Below, in pieces: positions 1 through 14,169 of a stretch of DNA of 53,577 nucleotides. This DNA comes from Paramecium tetraurelia (lineage: Eukaryota), in assembly GCA_000165425.1 (NCBI GenBank), contig CT867998.1, forward strand, positions 248,001-301,577, read 5' to 3'. Numbering within the stretch: the stretch's first letter is position 1; each line of letters starts with the position of its first letter. The notes under the pieces were generated by a model that was given only the letters and a program-made list of their open reading frames with translations, ran no database searches and was not told where the DNA came from. A program made the position numbers and the translations under genes.

Positions 1-373
1 AATTCTCGTCTCTTTACACACGAATTCCCTTATCAAATATTAATGACAGTATTGCTAGACTATTATATTCGTCACTCGTTATTAATTAAGTAATGGAAAC
101 TATGTCACAAACAAATTTAATAAGTCTTGCAATCATGGGATTAAGTTTTTTTTATGTTGCGATGATAATTATGGTTAGACTCGAAGTTAATATGAATTTG
201 ACGAGCATAAATACTGAGTAAGTATGATTATATAAATAATAAGCTAGATTACTGAATGAAAGTAGTAGCAAGTATAGTTCTATGTTATAATCATTTACAC
301 CGCAGAATCTCTCCAAATTGGCAAGGTTAACAATTTTCGGTGAACTCTCTATTTGTATTTTGTGATTACTCAT
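1..373 (-). CDS. 5' part of a hypothetical membrane protein; runs off the left edge
   Basis: ATG at 373. With TAA=Gln the frame MSNHKIQIESSPKIVNL...IIIIATQKKLNPMIARLIKFVCDIV... has no TGA down to base 1 and carries hydrophobic stretches. Confidence 0.55.
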
Positions 374-1157
374 ATACTTGATTTCACCCTAATATTATCT
401 TTTATATTTAATATTATTGAACAAAATTAATCAATATAACTCATCCTGATTTTAACATGTTGCAAAAATATCTCCATTATATGGGTTTCTTTTTGGTCAA
501 AAAATTCCTCCTTCAGATTATTGTATTCTAGTATTTGATTGAATATCCTGACTATTATGCATTCAAATTTTATATTAGGAATATCTTAACTAACGAAGAC
601 TCAGCAAATCCTCAGCTTGTGTGAAAATCTGACTTAAACTTTATTAGGTTCCTCCTTTTTCTGATTTTCTCCGCCTTCACTCTTCATTCGTCTTTCCGTA
701 CTTACTTTCAATACTTATATCAAAATCGTTACTCCAATAACATGATTATTGGATTCAAAAATTTTATGATTTAATTAATTGAGAACTTAATTCTTAATTA
801 CTTGATTCTAATTATGTATTTATTAATTGAAATGAAATAACATTTTTTCACCATCCTGATTATACCTGAATTGAGTAACAAAACATAACTATTAATACCA
901 TCTAATGTATCAGAGAGAGATTGAGTCTTAAAAAACATCAAAAAAAATTTGGTGTTAGTTTTTCAAATTGTAGGATAGACAACATTTTACTTTTACTCAG
1001 ACTTTAGAAGTTGCTTGATTATTATATATCATTTTTATATGAAATTTATAAGACTTTGTCATAAATTGATTCATAGGTGGGTTGAATTTATTAAATTAGA
1101 ATTTAATGAATACATATTATTTATCAATATAAAATAGGAGTTTATAGATATAAATTA

Positions 1158-1828
1158 TCAGCAACAAGAGGAATCCACTTTTTTTTCGTCTTAATGAATT
1201 GAAAGCACTTTATTAGCATTACCATTTTATTGATCTTGGTGATGATGGTTGATTAATTTGGCGACTTGCAAAAATACTTCATTGACATTGGTGCCGTCCT
1301 TAGCACTGGTTTCAAAATAAGGGATGCCATGCTTTTCAGCCAATGATTGCGCCTCCTCATTTGAAATGCATCTCTCCTTGATATCTGCCTTGTTTCCTAT
1401 GATTCATATGGCGATAGCTACCTATTAGGACTTTAATGATGTTTTCACTAGCATGCTATTTGATTTAGTTCATCCACTTGTCAATGTCCCTCAGAGAATC
1501 CTTGTTGTTGAGTGCAAAAACCAATAGAATGCCCATGGCTCCTTTGTAGAAATTCTGAGTAAGGGTCTGATATTTCTCTTGTCCAGCAGTATCCCATATT
1601 TGCATCTTAACATTTTTTTCATCAACCTAGAGTTTCTTAATTTTGAAATCCACTCCTATTAAACAATAGTGGAGTTCGATTACCAATTGTACACATATAT
1701 CCTGTTTTGAAGTTGTTATCGCAGTATCTGAGGAGAATCTAGGTTTTACCGACTCCAGAGTTGCCCAACAAGAGCACTTTCATTAATTATTCATAAGGGT
1801 CTTAGGCCTTTTTGACTAAGGATGACAT
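1158..1828 (-). CDS. Rab small GTPase, Rab8/Sec4-like
   Basis: Motifs GNSGVGKT, TIGVDFK, WDTAGQE, GNKAD and ETSAK are present, with C-terminal SSCC then TGA (prenylation motif). Two tiny GT-AG introns: 28 nt at ~1656-1683 and 25 nt at ~1397-1421. Confidence 0.95.
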
Positions 1829-1928
1829 AATCTCTATAAATATTAATTGTCAAAAAAACAATTGAAATATTATTAATAATTCTGATGAAAGACAATTTAA
1901 AAATAGTAAATAGAACAAATAGATATTA

Positions 1929-4662
1929 TCAAATATTGAGTCGATGAAAAGTATCTCGAAGTTTCTCCTTTGAAATAGGTTTGGTTACAACACAATTAAA
2001 ACCCTCTTGAATGCTTTTCTACTAATCTTGGATGCTACAGAAAGCAGTAACTGCAATGACAGGAATGGTTCTAGTTAATTTGATTTTATATTCCATTTAT
2101 CTAATTCTTTGAACAGCTTCCCACCCACTCATAATGGGCATACTGATATCCATCAAAATACACTTGTATCCTATGCAAGTTGATGTGTTGCATCGATTAG
2201 CCAATTAGACTTCTATTTTCTCAATAGCCTACTAGCCATTGAATGCAAAATCACTATCGTAGCCCTACTTCTTCATGAGATGGGAGAGGATGTGAATGTT
2301 GAATTGCTCATCATCTACAATTAAGACCTTGTTGCAATTGCAAACATTTGTTTCCCCATTTCCAATCTATTCTCCCATCTAGGATTTGCTACATTTTTTG
2401 TAATTCAAAACTCGAACCTGCTGAGTGCTTTGCTGTTCTAAAAAGGGAATGGTATGAATAAATGAATTTTATAAATTGCTTTGCTCTTACTGCACTTACT
2501 CCTCATCATATGACAATACGAAATAAAATTGTGTGCCTTCACCCAAATCAGATTCAACTGACAGATAATTTTAATGGCTAGGTGCCAAATATTTTATGAT
2601 TTACTTACAGACTGACAATCCCAAACTGATTCCAACTGATTATTTGGACACCTTCTCATCCTCATCAGAGATGTGCAACTAACTCTATATGATATACTAA
2701 TACCTTCTTTCTTAGATTGCATAATTCATTCTCACTCATCCCTATCCCAGTATCACTTATGGAAACCTGTAACAAATTCGTATCTTGACAATTGTATGAC
2801 TGTACATCATCTATTCCTTACATGGAATCTATATATTATTTTTTAGACACTCTTATTTTGATTTCACCCTTCAATGTAAATCGAATTGCATTCCCAATCA
2901 AATTCAACAACACCTAACACAACCTTTAACGATCACCGATAATTATATAAGAAACCTCTGGCAATTCCACTTTAATTTAGAGAAGCTTCCTTTCAATCTA
3001 ATCCTTCAATAAATCTACGCATTCCCATATCACTGAGTTAATCTCAAACTTATCTGATTTCATGATGAGTTTCTCTTCCAAGATGTCTCTGTAATCAAAA
3101 ATATCGTAAATCTTATACAACTGGAGTTTTGTGTAACACAGAGCCTGTTCTAATTGTTACGAACAACACTCCGAAGAAGATTGTTTGTCTTGACCTTGTT
3201 TGATGAAGCCAAAGATGGCGTTTAGATTAGTGAGCAATTCATGAGAAATTGATCTCAGTATATTCTTCTTGATGGATTCCAATTTCTTGAGTTTGGCTCT
3301 TAATAGAATTTGATTGATTTCATTGATGAAGTAGATTTGCAAGCCATCATCGTTGTCGAATATCCTGCAGTTCTCCAATACGTTGACAAGGAATTTCATC
3401 TTGTGATTGATGGTCGGTTTAGATTTTGGGGTAGGAGTGTTGTAATCTTGAGATTGCTTATGATTGGAACTGGGAAACTCTTTGCTTTCTTTGGACAACA
3501 GTTGATCTGCTGAGATTTTACGACTTGGTGTCATATACATAGAAGATTTGTTTAATCTGATATGATTTTGAGATTTTTTACGAGAACTCCTCTTGCCAGC
3601 TGAATGAATCATCATCTGAGGAGAGTGGTTGAATTCGATTTTCATCGTCACGTCCGATGTGAATTTCTTTTTGATTATACTTTCATCTTCTTGATTTTTG
3701 AACGATTAAAAAAACTTTTATTATTATTAATGATTTTTAGGGGGTTATTATTAAATTTCGACAGAAAATCGGTTTTAGGATAATAATTGAGTTTTCTCCT
3801 TACAATAAGTGACATTCTTTATCTTAAACTGATCTTCCATTTCAAGATCTTCATCATCAAAATCAAACAGAGTCTGATCATTATTCAATTCATCCAATTG
3901 CAGGTTCTACAAAAAGCTTAACTAATTTCTAGCCGAATGAATGGAAGACGTTTTTTCAGGGGATTGATCGGTCTCAGACTAATTTGTACTTTCCAACTTG
4001 TTAGCCAAATTGTCAAAGATCTTGTTTGAGTAAAGTAAGAAATTCTTATCCTTATGAACTATGCATATAGCTTAGGGAGTAGAATCGATTATCATAAATA
4101 AGGCTTGCAGATTTTGAAAATGTTGTAAATAAAGGAACTCCTTTCTCAAAATCTATAAGACTAGAAGGACTGTTGAAAGGAACAATCCTTCAAATGAGGG
4201 TAAGTCAGCAAGGAAGATGCTCTGGATTAAGAACAACGAAATTGTTAAAAATTTCATGCGCAAAGTAGAGTACATGCTCTAATAGATACTTGTGAAGGCA
4301 ACATAGAGCATAAAATAATCCTTTTCATTGATGATGTAGCAAATCCAATACATACAGTATTGTTGAATGAGGGGCAATAATTAGATGTAGAGATGCGATT
4401 CTTCGGATATTGCTTTCGAAATGGATAAAAATAAGAGAATGTGGACACATATTTGGGTTGCCAAGGTAATTTAAATGTACAAGGTGTCTGCTATTATGGA
4501 CAATCTTATGATTATGAAGATGAATTGGAGTATCAGAATCGGTCTGAAGGTAGTGTCAGCCCATTGAAAGTGATTGTGCCATCTCCATTGTTAGTATTGA
4601 TCCCACCTCAAAGTTTTGAGATGCTTCAAAAAGGCCTTCTTGATGATTCCCCATTTGGGCAT
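1929..4662 (-). CDS. Membrane-anchored hybrid histidine kinase with C-terminal receiver domain
   Basis: Hydrophobic N-terminus (MPKWGIIKKAF...). H-box SISHELLTNLN, N-box LLNLIGNAIRFT, G1 DTGIGM, G2-like GISLGLS. Receiver domain VLIVDDEQFN...MDISMP...VTA...KP. One ~25-nt intron near 2679-2703. TGA at 1929. Confidence 0.92.
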
Positions 4663-4803
4663 GATTATTTTATTAAATTAATATACATAAAGGAGAATCG
4701 TAATACATCATTGTAACATATAAGAAATAATGCTTATTCAATAATATCTTTAATTAATTTTATCTCTAACTTGCTTTTTAGAGTACTCAAACTTATATAA
4801 ATA

Positions 4804-5669
4804 ATGAAGGAAGAAGACAATGTTATCAAATAAGTAACCTAATTTATAAATTATAACCCCAGGAAGAAAACCCATTTTTTATCCCACAATATATCGTACC
4901 CATAAACTACACCCCGAATCACAACGAAATAGAGAATTATAAAATTGCGATTCATCATTTAACCGAGGAGAATCACTTTTTGAGAAAACAATTGCCACAC
5001 AACCAAGTCTCAGACCTTCTCTCTTTGAATAAAGAACAACTCAAGGATGAGGTATTTCAAATGATTGACTTCCTGATGAAAAATCTCAATTACCTTCCAA
5101 AAGAATAAATCTTTGCCTACCGAAAAACAATTCGATAGTGCACACAGAGGAGTGCACTCAAAAGAATCTATTTCCTCATCTTTACCAGATACTTACAAGT
5201 AAAAATCCATATCTCAATGATAGGCTGAAAAAACGAAAGAAGAAATGATAAAATTCATTATTCGCAAAAGTGTGAAGTTTTAAAAGCCCACTAGCAACAT
5301 ATAGAAACAACAAATTAAGAAAATGAATACTGCATTCGTCTAGCAATTATTTCTATCACCTCAATATCAGTAACATTACTAAAACTTTTTAAGTAAGAAT
5401 TTCATTCCCCACCTAATCTAGGCCAATACCTATAATTAGCACTTGATGAAAACAAACATAAAATTCAAAAATACGTGAATTTCATTGTGGAATCAATATA
5501 AAATGACCAAATTGATGTAATTTTCACTCATTTTCATTAGGATGTCCTAAATTATAAAAGATTTCCGTGGTTGAATGAGTGGATATAATAATCCGTTTAG
5601 ATTGCTTAAGATCTGCAATTTACTAGCAATCCCCAAAACTTGGAGAACAAAAAAAAAATAAAATTCTGA
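4804..5669 (+). CDS. Hypothetical protein, ciliate-type family with a KTKEEMIKFIIRK motif
   Basis: ATG at 4804 and coherent frames separated by several tiny GT-AG introns; TGA at 5667. Exact exon boundaries are not fully resolved. Confidence 0.65.
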
Positions 5670-6127
5670 TTAAACACTTAATTGGAAGTAATTATGAAGA
5701 AAAATAAATAGTTTGTATTAGCTATTAATATTAAATTCAACAATTAATTAGTATATTCAAACAAATTGCACTATCTCATATTCATAATCGCTTAAGTGCA
5801 ATCTATTTAAATTCAAAAGCTAATCTCTAATTGACATATTATGAAAATCACTTATTTTGATTACTGAGTTCTCCTATCCTCAAATCTTATTTATTATTAA
5901 ACACAGGTTTTACAAAGTTCATAGGTTTATATTATTTTTTATCTGCAACTATGAGAACACACATAATCTCTTCTATTTGAATGCCAAGTACCTTATAAAA
6001 TTATTCTATTGACAATTTAGAAGAATTAATATTGATCAATAGGGTATCAAATGAAAAATGCATTAAAAATAGATTATTAAATAATATTTATAATTAGTGA
6101 TATTATTTTCAAACTATTAAATTATAA

Positions 6128-9100
6128 TCATTTTCTTAGATCTGTCAAAGATTTCACTATATTTGCCAATCTGGCAATCTCTAGATCTTTTGCTTCTATC
6201 AAATTTTCATAAAAGGCACTTCCACCAGATTACCCTGACTTTTATCTCATTGATAAATCTAATTTGGTGTATTCACCTATCTAACTTTAATAGTTTCTAA
6301 TTTCCTATTCATAATTCTATCTTTCTTAATTCAATAATTGTTCCATCTTTCTCACTTCCTATTTGAGATTATTTATTTCCTCTTTCATCTACTGATCTTA
6401 AATATTGTTTGTTTTCTATCTTTATGTGTTCTACTGTTGTTATCTATCCAACTCTTTCCTAAATTAGAAGTTTTCATTCTGCAACAATTATAATTATTTT
6501 GCATATTATTCTGAAGTCTCTAAATTCTAGTGTTTTAAAATACATGTACTTCTTATTTAAAGTCTTCAAAATATTCGATTTTCTATCTGAATTCACTTAC
6601 TTACAGATTCAATTGTTTGCATATTTTTTATGCTTTACTAATTTTATAATTAAATTAATGTACTCCAAATCATTATTTTTATCTTGCAATTCCTATTCCA
6701 ATTATCTTAATTGATTAATCTTTAATTCCAACTAGGCTTTCAGATTTCTTGCTTCTTCCTTCAGTATTTTATTTATCTCAGATTGCTTGCTCAACTTATC
6801 CTTAAACTCTTGTTCCATGGCTTCAGTTTACTTAGTGTATTACTTCTACAGGACACTCAAATCATTCAATAATCTAAATACTTAGAGTAATAGTTTACTT
6901 ATCATTTTCATGTTTCGACTGATTGAATTGCTATTAAACCTATTGATGTTTAAGTTGCAACTGAGACAACATTTGATCGCTACCTTCATTATTATTTTCT
7001 AATTGTTTTTTAATTTGATGAGCCTCAGTTAACTTATCTTCGTAAGTTCTGATTACATCAATTTGTTTTCTCGAGAAATCCTCCAACTCACTCAAAGTCT
7101 TATGCAATTATTTAATTTCCGTCTCTCTTAATTGCAATTAACTTGATATATGTTATAATTCATCCTGTAATTCCTCTATTTAAGTTACAGCCTCTTCGTG
7201 TTATTTCTTGTTCTCTGTCTGTAATTACAATAATTATTTTTTCTTCTCATCCAATTACTTTCTCAAAGTCTACTTGTCTTATTCAGCCAATTAATCCTAA
7301 GTCTGACGTTAAGACTTTAGTTTCTAAAAGTCCTTTTCAATAACTTCCAATTATTATTTATATGTTTTATTCTCAAATTCCAATACTGAATTCTTATCAT
7401 TTAATTTATCTATTACATCCTACTATTCCAATTATTTTGATTATTATAGATTTAAGCATTCTCGCTTTTTAGTTTCCAATTCTTTTTCCATTTACTCCAT
7501 AGTCTATCTCTGCTTCTTTTCTTATTACTCAATTAATTTGATATTCTATTCCTACTAACTGATCGTCAATTCCAATTCCGATATTAAATTATCTTTCTCC
7601 CCTTTCTATTGCAACTATTCTTATTATGCTAATTTTAATTTACGTACCAATTACTCGTTATCATTATGTAATCCTTAAGTCAATTACTAAACCTTTAATA
7701 ATTACTCATTAAGTTGTTCATTCTCTTAAATTAACCTTTCTGTCTATTCGGAATAGAACTTTTTTAATTGATCCAACTATTGCAACTAATTTTATCTCTA
7801 TTGTTTAATTTCAATTGACACCTATTGCTCAATGTCAATTCCACTCAAATTTACATGTATAGAATCAATCTCATTTTTGCAAAATTTCAGCAGTTTTAAT
7901 GCTTCCTTAGAATCAGCCATGTTCTAGAGTTCATTCAATATAATTTATAATCTATTCAAGCCTTCTTCCAATATAATCTTAATTTTAGTGCTCTATGATT
8001 GTATTTATTCGAATTGGGTGGATTTCTTTTTTAATTGGACTGCCAAATCATTCAATCTTTATTAAACTTTGGAATTGTGTCTTTCAATAGTCAATTATAA
8101 CTCCGAATCCATCAAATCATCTGGAACTATAAACACTGGTACTTCAGAATTGAATGCTCTATCCAATTCTTTGACTCGAGTATCCTTGGCTTTCTTTACC
8201 ATAGTTTACAATTATTATAACTAATACTGCAATTGTTTCGTGTCTGTTTACTTCAATTCACTCTATTGCTACTCTAATCTCAATTACTCCAGCTATATTT
8301 CCAGTCCTTTTATTAGGTTTTCAACGATCTCCTCTTTATGCTAGATGATTTGAGTGATATCCCTAACCAAGTTTGAGATGTTCAATGATAACATTTGTGC
8401 ATCATCAGTCATCAATTGATCGTAATCGTATGTTGATTCCAATTGATTAACATATTGAGACAGAAAGGTCCTTGTTTATTAAGATAAGGCTTGAAGTGTA
8501 TTAATCAATTGCTATTGGAAACGAGGTTGTTTACTCGAACTGGAATATTTAGTGGCACTCTAATATTTATGAGCACTGTTATATTATTGTTTCGTCGGAG
8601 ACCTTAATTGGGATGGTTATTGCAACTGCGATTGATATTGATATTACTTAAGTTGTTCCTCTTTCACTTACAGTTCATCTAACAAGATTTACTTATCGTC
8701 TTTTGATTACTTCAATTCTTTTATCAGACGATCAGCCACTTCTTATAACTCTTGAGTTAGTTTCTATTCGTGCTGCAACATTTTTTAATAGACAACATCC
8801 TGTTGAGATTGCTTCAGATATTCGATTTTAGATTGCAATTGCTCATTAACTTTGCTTTGTTATTTGATTGTGTTCAAGATGGTTTGTTCGTTTGGTGTTA
8901 CATTTAAGAGGGATGCCAAATTAATGAGCAGCTGATTTGAACCTTCCTGCTATTTCTTTTAGAGTATTGTATATTTATCAAAAAGAGAGACTAATTTTCT
9001 ACCATAACATACACAAGAGTATTATAGTTGAGTAATGAGATCTTTGTCATTTTTATATTCTTTTATAACTGGGAGTGAGTCAAAAAGCTAGTTTGCATAA

Positions 9101-9135
9101 GTTTGGATTTTCAAAAAATCGTTGTCTAATTTCAT
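6128..9135 (-). CDS. Long coiled-coil protein (~1000 aa)
   Basis: MKLDNDFLKIQTYANQLFDS... is a Q/E/K/L-rich heptad-like frame ending ...EIARLANIVKSLTDLRK-TGA. At least one tiny intron near 6880-6900. Confidence 0.8.
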
Positions 9136-9266
9136 TCGTTATTTTATTAAATAAACCAAATTGTATATTGGATACATTTATGATTTCGATAATTATTTGA
9201 AATCTGTCAATGAGATGGAGGGGGAACGAATTTTATCATTGAAATTTACATTAGATATAATGAAAA

Positions 9267-10871
9267 TCATATTTCTAAATTATATATTTTCACTCTAATT
9301 TCTTAATAATGACTAGGGGTAATTTCATTCATTGGTTTGCCATCCAAGAATTATTAAGCATTATTACTTACAATCACTTAGTAATAATAGGTTAGGTAAT
9401 CCAGTAACAAAATACCAGTTTCGTTTTGTTCGTTTATTCTAAGCTAATGGTTCAACTCTCTAATCACATCCTTTAGAGCAGATATGTCACCCAACAATGA
9501 CATACCATAAAATTCTTTATATTTCAAATAGGCTTCTCTAAATGCATACTTATTTAGAATGGCTACCACAAATTAATGATTGAAATTGATCACTTTAATG
9601 TTGTTGACTCCTTTCTCATATGCTTCTTTTAGCTTGTAATAAACATTACACATACTTTATTCATTATGTCCATCACTTCCTTCCCAAAATATCCCATAAT
9701 CTTCTCTCTCAACCTTGGAGATTGCAAATACTTGATATGATCAATCAATTGACAAGTCCGATAGATAAATTTGCATTGATTCAGGAAATTACAAATCACC
9801 TCTTCAGCTTGAGATTCTAAATTCAATATTAATTAAAATACTACCATAATGAAAGCTTTAGTATGTATGCTATACAACAGTTCCAATCTTCTCCTTAATT
9901 TGATTAGATTTTTAATGCTTATGCGAAGTAGAACCACTCCTTGTACATTGCTGGGTTTGATTAACTCTGACAACATTCATATTTGTGATTGATTTATTGA
10001 ATGAATTACTCACCAATGCTCCTCTCATTTTATTGAGAGCAGTAGTGTTACGACGCAAGAACAGCGGATGCTAATCAATGTCAGCCAGAGACAACCGTTG
10101 ATTTTCATCGACTTATAAGGCTCTCCTTAAGAAATCCTTGGACTCTTCAGATATGGGTACATTTCGGTTAAAATGCAATTGCGATACAGATTCTTGAAAT
10201 TCGCTTTCATTGTTGATTACCCATGGACATTAACCATAAAGCATTTGATAATAGACAACTCCAATGCTCCAAATGTCAGTCTTCTCTGAATATTTATTCT
10301 CTAAATAACTTTCAGGACTCATGTAAATAGGAGTGCCCACTTTATAAAATACCTTCTCTTTGGGAGCCTTAATCATTTTAGAGAAACCATAATCAGCCAA
10401 TTTGGGAACTGAATTCTTTATCAGGATATTGGTTGGTTTGATGTCCCTGTGAATGACACCCTTCCTTATTTACTCCTTAAATCCGTTGATAATATGTCTC
10501 AATATTTTAAAGGCCTCTACCTCAGGTATTATGCCCTGCTATTGGATGAGCTTGCCTAAATCCCCTTAATTGCAATATTCAGTAATTATGTAGGTATTGT
10601 TGTTGGTATGATAATAATCATGCAATTTGATAACATTGACTGACTATATTAACTTAAGTGCATTTATCTCTTAATTGATGAGCTATCTCTCGATTTCATT
10701 GCTGATGGCTTTCACATCAATCACTTTTACTGCCACAACTTCTCCTGTATTCTCATCCTTCCCCTTATACACCTTAGAACTGTATCCTCGCCCAATCTGC
10801 TCATGCATTAAATAAGTATAATGTTCAATCTTCTTCTTTGGAATAAGGTTTTATTATGCTTGGGGTAACAT
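9267..10871 (-). CDS. Ser/Thr protein kinase (ULK/CAMK-like ciliate family) with C-terminal extension
   Basis: Motifs IGRGYSSKVYKG, VAVK, HRDIKPTN, DYG, GTPIYMSPE and DIWSIG. Tiny intron near 9820-9843. Confidence 0.92.
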
Positions 10872-11784
10872 TTAGTAAATAAATAAAATCAATCATAATC
10901 AGGTTTTATTCTTTTAAGCAATTATCATAAAGATGATCCCCTCATCTACTCTTCATTCCGTTTTATCCAACTGAAATCAAATAGGATATCAAAACTGTTT
11001 GCTATTTTAAAGTATTTTAGAATCTTTAGATTGATAAGCTAAAATTCATTTATAAATTTACATTGACTTGAATTCTTTCATGAACTTCTCAAAGTCTTTT
11101 CGGATTGATTTTTATTATAGATTAACAAACCATCAATATTCTAATTGAACATAGAGAGTAGAGGCCATAACGCTTTCTTTGATGTATGATAATATATAAT
11201 ATATGAATGTTCTCTATTGTCGAATTACCAAACTCAGTTCCACTATGATATTCTAATCAGTATTTAACGATTGTCTACAGAAGATTGTTTAAGATCCCTT
11301 ATTTCCTGAATCAATCTTAAAATTTTGAATTAAATTCCAAAGTGACAAGCTAGGTCGATTGATAAATTAATAGTTCTTCATATCCTTTACTCATTTTAGA
11401 GCGATGAAAATCATCAGTAATTCATACCTAGACTTCTGATCACAAGATGCTATTGTTCTTATCATGATATTTAGATTATTATTTCAACATATATAATACA
11501 CTTGTGATGATTATTTGGGACTTTAACTTTAATTAGTTAAATTTACCTTCACATTTTTATGAGATTATAATTGTAAAATGCGGATTCAAATGTAAATCCT
11601 TACAGCTGTATATATCTGAAATTTATTTTAATCTGAGATAGGATGAAACTTAACAAAACAATGAATTAATCTGAATGCATTAATAAATAAAGACTCTCCA
11701 AAAAATATGGAAAAATGTGCATATAATTTCTAATTCTGATTTATCGTAAACTAAAATGCTTTTTCTATTATATATTTCAATAAA

Positions 11785-13034
11785 ATGAATTTTAAATAAG
11801 ATGCTTTTTAGGCTGTGGATTCTATCTTTACGAATGTTCAAAAAAGCTAAAACGACCGAATAATAGAAGCTTTGGTTGGTGTGAGAGAAAAAATAGAGGC
11901 TAACTTGGAAGAGCTAGATAAATAAGAGGAAGATTTAAAAGTTAAAGAGGTCTTCCTTCAAAAGATATAAAAGTTAATGTAATTTGCTGAAAAACCTGCT
12001 AACTTAAAAAAGGTTTGGCAATATTTCTCCTCAACTGTTTACAAATCATAAGATCAATTTATAGAACTCTTAAGAAACATTCCGAGTTTAATTCATTTTC
12101 ACTTATAATAAAAAGTATTGACAATAAGTATGTTTATAAAACAAAGTTGTGCTGAATTGTTCTCACACTCACTTATCACATTTTAAATGGAATTACAACA
12201 TGATGAGCCAATATAAAAGGAGAACATCGAGAAGGAAGATTATGTTGGATGCATAACTTATGTATCACCAGAAGTCTAAAATGAAAGACTCTATAAAATA
12301 GTGATGAAATTACAAGGCTTTATTAATAAAATTAAAAAACTAGATGAATTGATCAATAACAGCAACTTGGATTCCGATATCTTAAAATTCAGTATCTAGA
12401 ATAACGAGAATAAAGAGAGGAAAATTACATTATGGAGCTTGGATGACTAAGTAAGCTATCAAGTCACAACAAAGTATTTTATTTAATTATTCTTAGATCA
12501 ACCCTAGAAGAATAACCCATTTTTGAGTAAAGAATTTACTTACAAACTGGTATGGTAATTTAATTGAAATAAAATTTCAATCTGATCGTCAGAGATTGTG
12601 GAAATAGTGGCAATATAGAGAAAAAAGTAGTTAATGAACATTTAACTCCTTATTTAGTCGGAGGATAGTAAGTTTAGATTAAACCTATCCTTGTAAATGA
12701 CAACTAAAGATGGATCTGTATCAACAATGGCTTTGAAGATGTGATTTATTATCCAGCTGATATTCCAATTAAATTATCCAAAATTTAAACACTTCCAAGG
12801 GGAATTGAAGTGTTATTATAAAATGATGGAGTTGGCAATTACATAACTGTTGTTGGAGACTGTTAGAGATTTGCTCCAAGAATCAAATCCAAGAGGAGTG
12901 AGGGTTAACTCTTATAATTTATTACTTTCCAATAAAATTTCAATTTAGGAATCATTTACTAAGAGAATATAAAATTAGCCTTGTATTCTGATTTAACTTC
13001 GTTTTGGAACGGCAAAGAAATATTTGATTTTTGA
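11785..13034 (+). CDS. Hypothetical protein
   Basis: MNFKQDAFQAVDSIFTNVQK... long open frames with tiny introns (~12474-12496, ~12905-12950 region), ending ...FWNGKEIFDF-TGA. Confidence 0.7.
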
Positions 13035-13060
13035 AGTTAAAAGAATAGTTAATTTTAATA

Positions 13061-14169
13061 TCAATTATTGTTTAATAATAAATAGATCAAATTAATAGGG
13101 TCTAGTATTTTAGACTTAAATATACCAAATAAGTCTTTTATCTAATTATCTTCTACATATTGTGATAATTGTATATTTTTTAAAATATATTTTACCAACT
13201 AATCCATATTTTCAGAATTTTACAAAATCACAATTAAAATTGATCTAAAATCTTGCATTGTTATTGCAGGTTGATTTTGAGGATTAAAGAACTTAAATAC
13301 TCAAATATTATACTTTAATAAAAAAGTTAATTAAGGTTTGCTCTTTGAAATGCTAACTTATAACAATCTATTTGAATAATCTAAATTGACTATAGTACAC
13401 CTTTTCTTGCTCATTATGAGGATTGATGTCAAAGGCCAACAAAATTCGATCCTGAACCACTCCTGATAACTCAGTGAAACTTAAATAGGATTCTCTTAAT
13501 ATAAATTAGTATATGAAAGGATCTGTGAAATTAAACTATATTTTTACTTTTTCCTGTTTCTTTAATATCGTAAATATCAATGTATTATTGAGTATTCTTA
13601 ACTAGAACCTTGAATTCTTTGATAGTGTTCATCTCTTTATATATTTCTTTCTTTGCTTATCTGATCACTCTTGGATTGATAGTCAATTATTTTTGATGTT
13701 CAATAATATTGCTTATCATACTATTATTCATAGTTATTTCATCGCATAATTGACTCTCGTCAGCTCTCCTAGTGTTTTATGAATCCTGTTCGTACGACTT
13801 CAATGTTTTCTTATACATGGCTTGAATATTCATAGCCCCCTGAGTAACTGTAGCTTGTTTCATTACATCTAAATCCCCCTCTGTAAATATATTATCCAAT
13901 TTGCTGAAATGAAGCAATTCTTATTTAGTAGAATCATTTAGTTCATACCTCTTTCTAGGTGTTTTCGTCAAATTTTGAAGATGAAAGGGTAGCAATTTCT
14001 ATAACTTCTTATCAGATTTCATCAAATCCATCATATAACTCTTGTACTTATAATTTTTATAGCCCTTAACCTCAAGATATTTTGGTGCAGTGGTTAATTT
14101 CTATATCTTAGGAAGACTAAAATGTGAGGATGAAGTATTTCGAGATATTTTACTTTGAGACTCGTTCAT
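13061..14169 (-). CDS. Hypothetical protein, possibly with a degenerate EF-hand-like C-terminus
   Basis: MNESQSKISRNTSSSHFSLPKI... is open for ~280 codons to a 22-nt intron at ~13293-13314, then FFNPQNQPAITMQDFRSIL. TGA at 13061. Confidence 0.72.

Noticed and set aside
430..1100. Possible small gene between the edge ORF and the Rab
   Set aside because: Coding-like patches exist on both strands, but I could not build a consistent ATG-to-TGA model.
10940..11600. Possible minus-strand gene or pseudogene
   Set aside because: There are short plausible frames and one intron-like sequence, but frame conflicts prevent a supportable model.
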